This document shows, piece by piece, positions 15,794 through 24,461 of a stretch of DNA of 53,114 bases. Below the pieces are notes generated by a model. That model was not told where the DNA came from. It was given only the letters and a program-made list of their open reading frames with translations, and ran no database searches. The position numbers and the translations under genes are program-made. Source of the stretch: a virus (Duplodnaviria > Caudoviricetes); IMG/VR virus record IMGVR_UViG_3300034283_001180, positions 1 through 53,114 of that record. The stretch is one strand, 5' to 3'. Position 1 is the stretch's first letter; every line of letters starts with the position of its first letter.

Positions 15794-15806
15794 ACCTATC
15801 CCCTAA

Positions 15807-16370
15807 CTACTTTGGAAATTGAATCATCAATCTCTTTGCTTTACTAATAGAATTTGGCCACGATGACCAGTCTATTCCGCCTTTAGTCATATAATACGTT
15901 ATCTCTGCGTTTATGACTGGATCGAACAAAAGTACGTTCGACCTCAATTCGAATTTCTCTTTACGATCTATACCAAGGTTACCCAGCATGTTGATCTGAA
16001 AAATTCCGTAGGAACTGTCTCCAGTGCTCCTGTTGCCATTGTATGCCATAGGGCGTCCATTAGACTCCGCTTTAGCAATGGCCCACGCCATTTTAAGGGC
16101 GCTTCCTTCAAAACCTACAGACTTGAGAAGTTTTACTAACTCATTATCTGTTAACATTTCCGAAGGTTTGTATACAGTATTGCTGAATTTTTCCAGCGTT
16201 TCTCTTTTCAGTTGTGCTTCTGTTTTAGACTCTACCTTTACAGTTAGAGCTTCGGCTGGCGGTGTATTAACAACTGGTGTTCCAGTATATAAAAACATTA
16301 AACCAACCGCTATTGCAACATAATGATGTAAAACATCACTAAGTTTTTCTTTTATATTCTCCATTGGCAT
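15807..16370 (-). CDS. lytic transglycosylase (SLT/lysozyme-like) with N-terminal membrane anchor
   Basis: IAKAESNG catalytic Glu, SYGIFQIN, DPVINA, W.SW; hydrophobic segment near the N-terminus; TTGACA-N18-TATGAT promoter upstream. Confidence 0.85.
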   Translation of the reverse strand: MPMENIKEKLSDVLHHYVAIAVGLMFLYTGTPVVNTPPAEALTVKVESKTEAQLKRETLEKFSNTVYKPSEMLTDNELVKLLKSVGFEGSALKMAWAIAKAESNGRPMAYNGNRSTGDSSYGIFQINMLGNLGIDRKEKFELRSNVLLFDPVINAEITYYMTKGGIDWSSWPNSISKAKRLMIQFPK

Positions 16371-16581
16371 TTCCTCCATTAGAGATAACGGACTATAATC
16401 ATAACATTGTTATTTAGTACATGTCAAGCTAGTCGACTATAATTTTTATTTATAGTTAACTAATAATCTTACTGTTTTTTATTAGTTTATTTTCTAAAGC
16501 ACTTCCCTTAAAGAATTTTCTTTGGTAGAATTATCTTCTATTATTTTAAAATTAAACCGCAAGGCGGAGAAAAGGTGCTAT

Positions 16582-18516
16582 ATGTCAAGAATTATTGAAA
16601 ACCCATACGAAAACTTTATTGCATTGTCGAGATATGCAAGATGGATCCCAGATGACAATCGCAGAGAAACATGGGGTGAGACAGTTGATAGATACTTTAG
16701 TTTTATGTTAAATCATCTGAAAAATAATTTTGACTATGTTCCAGATAAAAAGCTTGTAGATGAACTTAAAGAGTTTGTTTATGATAGAAATGTAATGCCT
16801 TCAATGAGAGCAGTAATGACTGCAGGTCCTGCTCTTGATAGAGATCATGTTGCAGGGTATAACTGCTCATTTGTTCCAGTTGATTCACCTCGATCATTTG
16901 ATGAGACTATGTATATCTTAATGTGTGGAACTGGTGTTGGATTCTCTGTTGAATACAAGTATGTCAATAAGCTTCCTGCCGTTCCAGAAAGTTTTGAAAA
17001 GTCCAATACAATTATTTCTGTTGAGGATTCAAAGACTGGATGGGCAAAGGCGTATCGTGAACTTCTTGCAATGCTTTGGGCTGGACAAATTCCTTCTGTT
17101 GATGTATCTAAGCTTCGCCCAGCAGGTGCACGTTTAAAGACAATGGGAGGAAGGTCATCTGGACCACAGCCTTTGATTAACCTATTTGATTTTACTATTG
17201 CAAAATTTAAGTCAGCAGCAGGTCGCCAATTGAAACCTATTGAAGCTCACGATATAATGTGTAAGATTGGTGAAGTTGTAGTTGTTGGTGGAGTACGTCG
17301 TTCCGCAATGATTTCGTTATCTAATATTAACGATATTGAAATGGCAGCCGCAAAATCTGGAAACTGGTGGGAAAACAACACTCAACGTGCACTATCAAAT
17401 AATTCAGTAGCATATTCTCGCAAACCAGAAATGGAGCAGTTTATAGCAGAGTGGAAAAATTTATATGATTCAAAATCAGGTGAGCGTGGCATATACAATG
17501 TTGCCGCTGCTCAAAAGCAAGCAGCAAGATGGGGTAGAAGAGACCCAGAAATTCATTACGGAACTAACCCATGCTCAGAAATTATCCTTCGCCCTTATCA
17601 GTTCTGTAATTTATCCGAAGTTGTAATTCGTGAGAATGATTCTTTAAAGGATATTGAAAATAAGGTAAAGTTAGCAACAATTCTTGGAACATGGCAGTCA
17701 ACCCTTACAGACTTCAAATATCTTCGTAAGATTTGGAAAGACAATACTGAAGAAGAAAGACTACTTGGCGTTTCATTGACAGGTCAATTTGGACACAAGT
17801 TTATGTCTGGAAAAGAAAACTTAGAAAAGCTTGGAAAGTTCTTAGAGGACATTAGGGATGTTGCAAGATTTATTAATAAAGCAGAGTCAGATAGAATTGG
17901 AATCAATGAGTCTGCAGCTATAACCTGTGTTAAGCCTTCAGGGACCGTCTCACAGCTTGTAGGAGTGTCTTCTGGAATGCATGCATGGCATTCAGAGTAT
18001 TATATTCGTACAGTTCGTGGAGATAAGAAAGATCCCCTATCAACATTTTTAAAGGAAGTCGGAATTCCCGTAGAAGATGACTTTATGAAGCCAAATGATA
18101 CATATGTATTCTCATTCCCTGTAAAGGCACCAGAAGGTGCAATTGTAAGAAATGATTTAACTGCAATCGATCATTTGAATACATGGTTAGTTTATCAACG
18201 TTCATGGTGTGAACATAAGCCATCTATTACTGTATCTGTTAAAGAAGATGAATGGATGGAAGTAGGGGCTTGGGTATATAAGCATTTTGACGAAGTTTCT
18301 GGAATCTCATTCCTTCCGCACTCAGATCATAGTTATAAGCAAGCACCATATCAAGAGGTAACAAAAGAAGAATATGAAACTCTTCTTTCTCAAATGCCAA
18401 AAAATATTCGTTGGGCAGATTTATCATTTTATGAAACCGAAGACGGTACAAGCGGAACACAGACTTTAGCTTGTACATCAGATGGAAATTGTGAAATTGT
18501 AGATATTTCAGCTTAG
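16582..18516 (+). CDS. nrdJ: class II adenosylcobalamin-dependent ribonucleoside-triphosphate reductase
   Basis: RRETW.ET, GYNC, GGVRRSA, TNPCSEI, FCNLSE, CVKPSGTVSQL and a C-terminal Cys pair. Confidence 0.95.
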   Translation: MSRIIENPYENFIALSRYARWIPDDNRRETWGETVDRYFSFMLNHLKNNFDYVPDKKLVDELKEFVYDRNVMPSMRAVMTAGPALDRDHVAGYNCSFVPVDSPRSFDETMYILMCGTGVGFSVEYKYVNKLPAVPESFEKSNTIISVEDSKTGWAKAYRELLAMLWAGQIPSVDVSKLRPAGARLKTMGGRSSGPQPLINLFDFTIAKFKSAAGRQLKPIEAHDIMCKIGEVVVVGGVRRSAMISLSNINDIEMAAAKSGNWWENNTQRALSNNSVAYSRKPEMEQFIAEWKNLYDSKSGERGIYNVAAAQKQAARWGRRDPEIHYGTNPCSEIILRPYQFCNLSEVVIRENDSLKDIENKVKLATILGTWQSTLTDFKYLRKIWKDNTEEERLLGVSLTGQFGHKFMSGKENLEKLGKFLEDIRDVARFINKAESDRIGINESAAITCVKPSGTVSQLVGVSSGMHAWHSEYYIRTVRGDKKDPLSTFLKEVGIPVEDDFMKPNDTYVFSFPVKAPEGAIVRNDLTAIDHLNTWLVYQRSWCEHKPSITVSVKEDEWMEVGAWVYKHFDEVSGISFLPHSDHSYKQAPYQEVTKEEYETLLSQMPKNIRWADLSFYETEDGTSGTQTLACTSDGNCEIVDISA

Positions 18517-18587
18517 TGCTACAATAATAGTATTGGGATAAAACCCAAAATTCCTGGGCACCCCGCCCAGAAGTAGGGAGGTCTTTA

Positions 18588-18815
18588 ATGAAAGAAGATC
18601 TTAATAATGATGGAAAGGTAACAATGCAAGAAAAAATTCTCGCAGCGCTAGCAAGCTATGGTCGTCACTTTTTAGGTGCGGCTATTGCACTATACATGAC
18701 TGGCAATACAGACCCAGGAGATTTAATTAAGGGTGGTATCGCAGCATGCTTGCCAGTTATTTTAAAGGCGTTAAATCCAAACGAACCAAGTTTCGGGTTT
18801 ACAAAGAAGGCTTAA
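18588..18815 (+). CDS. holin-like small membrane protein
   Basis: Two hydrophobic helices, P..LKALNP...FG, basic C-terminus. Confidence 0.6.
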   Translation: MKEDLNNDGKVTMQEKILAALASYGRHFLGAAIALYMTGNTDPGDLIKGGIAACLPVILKALNPNEPSFGFTKKA

Positions 18816-18882
18816 TTTAATAGTCGATTAGGATGACTCCTGTGCTAAAATTGGCATAGGAGTTTTCCTATTTTAGGAGATT

Positions 18883-19239
18883 TTGCAAATGGCAGTACAA
18901 AAGAATTTCGAAGTAGATCAAAATGCTACTTTCACCTTTGAGGTTCAATACACCGAAGAGGATGAAACTACGCCTATTGATTTAACTGGCGCAACCGCTA
19001 AAATGCAGGTGCGTGATACTAAGGGCGGAAGTAAGTTAGCTTTTACATTAACTTCTCCTTCTGGAGGAATTACTATTGACGGCCCAAATGGAAAATTAAC
19101 TATTAAGATCACTCCTACTCAAACTAATAAAATGTTTTACCCTAAGTCTTCTTATGACATTATGGTAGTTGATTCTAATAGCAATAAAATAAAATTGCTA
19201 GAAGGATTTATGACATTGAGTAGGAGCGTGACTATTTAA
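18883..19239 (+). CDS. virion protein, BppU-N/Ig-like
   Basis: PIDLTGATAKMQVR...YDI...LLEG pattern. Confidence 0.7.
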   Translation: MQMAVQKNFEVDQNATFTFEVQYTEEDETTPIDLTGATAKMQVRDTKGGSKLAFTLTSPSGGITIDGPNGKLTIKITPTQTNKMFYPKSSYDIMVVDSNSNKIKLLEGFMTLSRSVTI

Positions 19240-19688
19240 TGGCAGATGTAGTAAAAGTCGTTGAAACTAAAAACAAAGTAATTGTATCTACTCCAGGATC
19301 TCAAGGTCCTAGAGGAAGAACTATTCTCAATGGTTCTGGTTCACCTTCAGCCAATTTAGGCTTAGAAGGAGATTTTTATTACGACAAAGATTCTGCAACA
19401 TTCTATGGTCCAAAGTTATCCGACATCACATGGGTAGGAGCCACAGTAGTAGAATTTGCGACAACCGAAAACGTTTCTTATTCTACATCCTGGGAGCTTT
19501 CTCAAGTTGTTGGTCCAGTAAATGGTGAATACTCTATACAAATAACACATAACTTAGGATACAGTCCAAGTGTTACGATTAAGTCAAGCTCAGGCGATGT
19601 AGTAGAAACTGGCATCAATTATGATTCTCTTAATGTATTAACTCTTGTAATGGCACAGCCATTTTCTGGAACAGTATACCTATCATAA
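19239..19688 (+). CDS. minor tail/fibre-associated protein
   Basis: GSQGPRG, G.P....G..GDFY.D, ITHNLG.P. Confidence 0.7.
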   Translation: MADVVKVVETKNKVIVSTPGSQGPRGRTILNGSGSPSANLGLEGDFYYDKDSATFYGPKLSDITWVGATVVEFATTENVSYSTSWELSQVVGPVNGEYSIQITHNLGYSPSVTIKSSSGDVVETGINYDSLNVLTLVMAQPFSGTVYLS

Positions 19689-19699
19689 GGAGATAAAAA

Positions 19700-20980
19700 A
19701 TGGCAAGAAAATTTTTGGTAAGCGTCGACCTAAATAAAAATGAACTTCTCAATGCCAGAATTCAAAATTTAGGTAGTGCACCGTCCAGTCCAGTAACTGG
19801 TCAAATTTACTACAATACTGGAGATAATACATTATACTTCTGGAATGGAACAGAGTGGATTCCAACATCTGGTTCACAAGAAGTAATTCAAGACTTAATA
19901 GGCTCTTCGATAGATGGCGGAGTAGGATTAACAAAAACCTATAATGATTCTACTGGAGTAACAACTTTAGATTTAGACGATACAACAGTAACTGCAGGAT
20001 CTTATGGTTCTAGCACAGAAATTCCTACCTTTACAGTTGACGCACAGGGTAGACTAACTGCTGCTGGATCCACCACTATATCTACGGATTTAGATATAGC
20101 TTCAGATTCTGGAACAGATACAATTTCTCTTCTTTCGGAAACATTGACAGTTTCTGGCGGAGAGGGAATAGATACTTCGATTTCTGCAGGAACAATTACA
20201 ATTTCTGGAGAAGATGCATCTGATACCAATAAGGGTATTGCAAGTTTTAATTCTACAGATTTTTCTGTAACAAATGGTCATGTAAGTTTAGCTAAAGATC
20301 CAGTAATAACACTTTCTGGAGACGTTGCTGGTTCTGCTACTATGACAAATCTTGGCGACGTAACAATTACAACAACTGTTCAGCCAAACTCTGTAGCTTT
20401 AGGAACAGACACCACAGGAAATTATGTTGCGACAATTGCTGGAACTGTAAATGAAATTACAGTAACAGGTTCTGGTTCAGAAACAGCTGCCGTAACTATC
20501 GGATTACCAGATGACGTAACAGTTTCTGGAAACTTAACAGTTAATGGAAATCTAGAAGTACAAGGCTCAATTAACTCTATTAGCACAACTGAAGTCAATA
20601 TTATTGACAACAAGGTTGTATTAAATTCTAATGTAACTGGAGCTCCATCTGCAGATGCAGGAATAAAGGTTGAGCGAGGAACTTCTTCTGATGTAGAAAT
20701 TTTATGGAATGAGACTTCAGATCAATGGCAATTAACAAATGATGGGTCAAATTATCATGAAATTACTAGAAAGTTTAAACAAACTCTTTCTACTTCGGCA
20801 ACATCTTATACACTAACTCACAATTTGAATACACAAGATGTTGTAGTTCAAATTTATGAAGTTGCATCTCCATACCAGCAAGTTTTTACAGATGTAGAGC
20901 ATACAAATGCAAACACTGTAACTATTAAATTTGCTACCGCACCAACTGCTGGAGAATATAGAGTAGTAGTTATAGGATAA
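19700..20980 (+). CDS. tail-fibre-like protein
   Basis: Thr/Ser/Gly-rich; TVDAQGR, GNLTVNG, THNL motifs. Confidence 0.75.
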   Translation: MARKFLVSVDLNKNELLNARIQNLGSAPSSPVTGQIYYNTGDNTLYFWNGTEWIPTSGSQEVIQDLIGSSIDGGVGLTKTYNDSTGVTTLDLDDTTVTAGSYGSSTEIPTFTVDAQGRLTAAGSTTISTDLDIASDSGTDTISLLSETLTVSGGEGIDTSISAGTITISGEDASDTNKGIASFNSTDFSVTNGHVSLAKDPVITLSGDVAGSATMTNLGDVTITTTVQPNSVALGTDTTGNYVATIAGTVNEITVTGSGSETAAVTIGLPDDVTVSGNLTVNGNLEVQGSINSISTTEVNIIDNKVVLNSNVTGAPSADAGIKVERGTSSDVEILWNETSDQWQLTNDGSNYHEITRKFKQTLSTSATSYTLTHNLNTQDVVVQIYEVASPYQQVFTDVEHTNANTVTIKFATAPTAGEYRVVVIG

Positions 20981-20990
20981 GGAATTAATA

Positions 20991-21365
20991 ATGGCAAAAT
21001 TTAAATCATTATTAAACTTAGTAACTTTATCGGCAGACCCAGTTTCTGGGTCTGCTGGAGATGTTTACTTTAATGTAACATCAAAGAATCTAAAAATACA
21101 TAATGGTTTAGAGTGGACCGATTTAACACCTGGATCTACAGATCCAACTCCATTTTATATGCATACTCACACTTATGATGGAGATGTACACACGATTAAC
21201 TTACAAGAAACAATTAACTTTACAACAGATATAAACGATGATGCATCAGTTAATGAAACAATTCCTGCTATAATAGGACTTGATGGCGGTGCACCAAATT
21301 CAACATACGACAATGTTTCCGCAACAAATGTTACATTGTTAGACGGAGGCGAAGTTGGCAACTAA
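20991..21365 (+). CDS. virion structural protein
   Basis: P..GDVYFN...W; two DGG motifs. Confidence 0.65.
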   Translation: MAKFKSLLNLVTLSADPVSGSAGDVYFNVTSKNLKIHNGLEWTDLTPGSTDPTPFYMHTHTYDGDVHTINLQETINFTTDINDDASVNETIPAIIGLDGGAPNSTYDNVSATNVTLLDGGEVGN

Positions 21366-22425
21366 TTTCCCAACAAATTTAGACGATTTGTCAAATCCAC
21401 AAGGTACAGATTCCTTACAAGGTCACGCTCAATTACACACAAATGTAAATGATGCGATTGAAGCGTTACAAGAAAAAGTAGGTGTTAATAACTCTACTGA
21501 TGTTACATCTTTAGATTACCGTGTAACTTCTCTTGAAAATGTTCCACAGAGCACTGAAGCTAAACTAATTTATGAAACTGTTAGCAACAATACTGGCTCA
21601 GCAATTGCAAAAGGCAAGGCAGTATATGTAAGTGGCGCAGTTGGAGCATCAGGAAAGCTTAGAGTATCTTTAGCATCTAATGTATCAGAGAGTACGTCTA
21701 CAAAAACTTTTGGAATAACACGACAATCAATTGCAGATGGCGCAGAGGGTGAAGTTGTATCTGAAGGTTTACTTCAAGGTATAAATACAACTGGCGCAAA
21801 CGATGGAGATCCAGTTTGGCTAGGAACAAATGGTAATTTATTATTTGGATTAGCAAACAAACCATCTGCTCCAGCACATTTAGTATTTTTAGGTATAGTA
21901 ATAAGAGGCAATCAGGCAAACACAGGCTCCATGTTTGTAAAAGTACAAAATGGATTTGAGCTTGAAGAACTTCATAATGTTTCTATAACAAACCCACAAG
22001 ATGGGCAGATTCTCCAATATAACTCATCTACTGGTCTTTGGGAAAATGTAAATTTAGATTTAGAATATGCAAAAGATGAAGATGTTGCCTTAATAAATAC
22101 AACATTAGGATTGGCTGGAAACAATGACCTAACTATTACTGGTATAGAAAATAAGACCACAATAGATAGCTTTAATTCCAGTACATATAGAACAATTAAA
22201 TATAGTTTGCAGATATCAAAGGGTAGCGAATATATATCTTCGGATTACCTGCTTTTAAATGATGGGACAGATATTAACGTATCTGAGTCTAACATTATAT
22301 CAAATACATCAAGTAGCCTAGCAAATGTTACATTTGAATCAAATGCAGGTATAATTAGCTTATGCGTAACTCCCACAACCTCTGCTGTTACAGCAAGATA
22401 TGTGCGGACTGCGCTTAAAGCTTAA
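21355..22425 (+). CDS. tail-fibre-like protein
   Basis: NFPT.LD, H...NDAIEALQ.KVG, L.ELHNV.I..P.DGQ.L.Y....W.N. Confidence 0.75.
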   Translation: MATNFPTNLDDLSNPQGTDSLQGHAQLHTNVNDAIEALQEKVGVNNSTDVTSLDYRVTSLENVPQSTEAKLIYETVSNNTGSAIAKGKAVYVSGAVGASGKLRVSLASNVSESTSTKTFGITRQSIADGAEGEVVSEGLLQGINTTGANDGDPVWLGTNGNLLFGLANKPSAPAHLVFLGIVIRGNQANTGSMFVKVQNGFELEELHNVSITNPQDGQILQYNSSTGLWENVNLDLEYAKDEDVALINTTLGLAGNNDLTITGIENKTTIDSFNSSTYRTIKYSLQISKGSEYISSDYLLLNDGTDINVSESNIISNTSSSLANVTFESNAGIISLCVTPTTSAVTARYVRTALKA

Positions 22426-22442
22426 TCAAGGGGGTTGTCAGA

Positions 22443-24032
22443 GTGGCAACAGTAAATAAAAATTTTAGAGTAAAAAATGGTCTGGTAGTTGAAGGAAATA
22501 CCGCTACCGTAAATGGCTATGACATATTAACAAAGGCATCTGCAGATCAGTCTTATATTATTGATCTTATTGGCGGTACCGCAACTTCTGCAAATACCCC
22601 AAATACAGTTGTTAAGCGTGATGGATCTGGCAATTTTTCAGCTGGAACAATTACAGCAACATTTAGTGGTAATTTAACTGGTAACGTAACTGGTACAGTT
22701 TCGGACATTTCGAATCATGATACTGGAGACTTAGCAGAAGGAACAAACTTATATTTTACAAACCAGAGAGCTTTGGATGCAACATCGGCCGCTTACGACG
22801 CAGCAGGTGCAGCTTCAGCGGCACAATCGGCAGCAGAAGCAACTGCAGCATCATACACAGATAGCGTAGTAAATAGTTTAGATACAGACGATATTGAAGA
22901 AGGTTCATCTAATCTATACTTTACAAATCAGAGAGCTCTTAACGCTACATCATCTGCTTATGACGCAGCAGGTGCAGCTTCAGCAGCCCAGTCCGCAGCA
23001 CAATCTTATGCTGATAATTTAGTAAATGGTCTAGATACAGATGACATTGAAGAAGGTGCCTCTAACCTTTACTTTACAAATGGTCGTGCTAGAAATGCAA
23101 TGGGAGCTGGCACAGGATTATCATATGATTCTTCAACAGGAACATTCTCCGTAACAGCAAATACTTTCGACGCTTGGGGTTCAGCATCTGCAGCAGAAGC
23201 AGCAGCAAACAGCTATACAGATGATGAAATAAATGCACTTACAACAACTGATATTGAAGAGGGCACAAATCTTTATTATACAGATACACGTGCTCGTGGT
23301 GCAGTAAGCGCTGGCTCAGGATTAAGCTATAATGGTGGAACTGGTGAATTTTCAGTAGACACATCTGTTATTGCCAATAAGTCATATGTTGACACAGCAA
23401 TAACAAATCTTGTTGATGGAGCACCAGGACTTCTAGATACATTAAATGAAATTGCAGCAGCAATTAACGATGATGAAAATTTCTTTACTACAGTAACAAA
23501 TAGCATCAACGGAAAACTTTCGCTAACTGGTGGAACTTTAACTGGAGCACTAACACTTAATGCAGACCCAGTAAATGCGCTTGAGGCAGCTACTAAGCAA
23601 TATGTAGATGCAGCAGAATCCGCAGCACAATCAGCTGCCGAATCAACTGCACAGGCAGCTCTTGATGATGTTCTAGATGGCACAACTGACTTCACAGCAC
23701 TTGATGTAAATTCAGTTTCTCGTCAAGTTGCAGCAACAACTGGAAATATAGTTACAGCAGCAGCAACTACCGTTCTAAGCTGGAATAAGACAGACTATAG
23801 ATCTGCTAAAATTTTAGTTAAGGCTAAGAATGGATCGCATACTCATGTTTCTGAGGTAATAGCTACGCTAGATACATCAGATAATATTGCTTTAAATGAA
23901 TATGGAATTACAACAACAAATGGATCATTGATAACAATTGATGCAGACATTAACAGCGGAAGCGTACGAATCCGTGTAACTCCAACACATAATAATACTG
24001 AAGTTATGGCACACGCCACTCTTCTTGCTTAA
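22443..24032 (+). CDS. tail-fibre-like protein with internal repeats
   Basis: Four T.D(I/L).EG..NLY(F/Y)T..RA repeats; LDTL.E.A.A; AATKQYVD. Confidence 0.8.
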   Translation: MATVNKNFRVKNGLVVEGNTATVNGYDILTKASADQSYIIDLIGGTATSANTPNTVVKRDGSGNFSAGTITATFSGNLTGNVTGTVSDISNHDTGDLAEGTNLYFTNQRALDATSAAYDAAGAASAAQSAAEATAASYTDSVVNSLDTDDIEEGSSNLYFTNQRALNATSSAYDAAGAASAAQSAAQSYADNLVNGLDTDDIEEGASNLYFTNGRARNAMGAGTGLSYDSSTGTFSVTANTFDAWGSASAAEAAANSYTDDEINALTTTDIEEGTNLYYTDTRARGAVSAGSGLSYNGGTGEFSVDTSVIANKSYVDTAITNLVDGAPGLLDTLNEIAAAINDDENFFTTVTNSINGKLSLTGGTLTGALTLNADPVNALEAATKQYVDAAESAAQSAAESTAQAALDDVLDGTTDFTALDVNSVSRQVAATTGNIVTAAATTVLSWNKTDYRSAKILVKAKNGSHTHVSEVIATLDTSDNIALNEYGITTTNGSLITIDADINSGSVRIRVTPTHNNTEVMAHATLLA

Positions 24033-24094
24033 CAATTAAATATTAATTGGTGGGGGCCAGTCCCCCACCTAAAATTTCGGGGGATATTGAACTC

Positions 24095-24415
24095 GTGGCA
24101 ACATTAAATAGAGACTTTAAAGTTAAAAATAATCTAGTAGTCCAGTCTGGACAGGTTACACTAGGCTCAGTACCCCTTAGATATAATTCAGATAATAATA
24201 AATTACAAATCCAGGTCAATAATCAGTGGATAGATATAGCTGATTCTAATGACATGGGATTTAATGATTTAGATTTAGCCATTGACTACAATGGCTCGCC
24301 AATATATTCTGTTGGTGATACGGGGGTCGTTACTGAGGCTACTAAATTTGCCGATGGCGGTTCCCCAAGTAGCTCATCATTTGCGCTTACGTTTGATTCA
24401 GGAGTGGTTTCCTAG
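24095..24415 (+). CDS. small virion protein
   Basis: GTG start gives MATLNRDFKVKNNL, matching MATVNKNFRVKNGL of 22443. Confidence 0.7.
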   Translation: MATLNRDFKVKNNLVVQSGQVTLGSVPLRYNSDNNKLQIQVNNQWIDIADSNDMGFNDLDLAIDYNGSPIYSVGDTGVVTEATKFADGGSPSSSSFALTFDSGVVS

Positions 24416-24461
24416 TAAAATAAGCAAGTGGTATAATTCTAATATAGGGGTATAAAACAAA

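Noticed and set aside
16582-18516. Intein or intron in nrdJ
   Set aside because: The length (~644 aa) and continuous catalytic motifs leave no room for an insertion.
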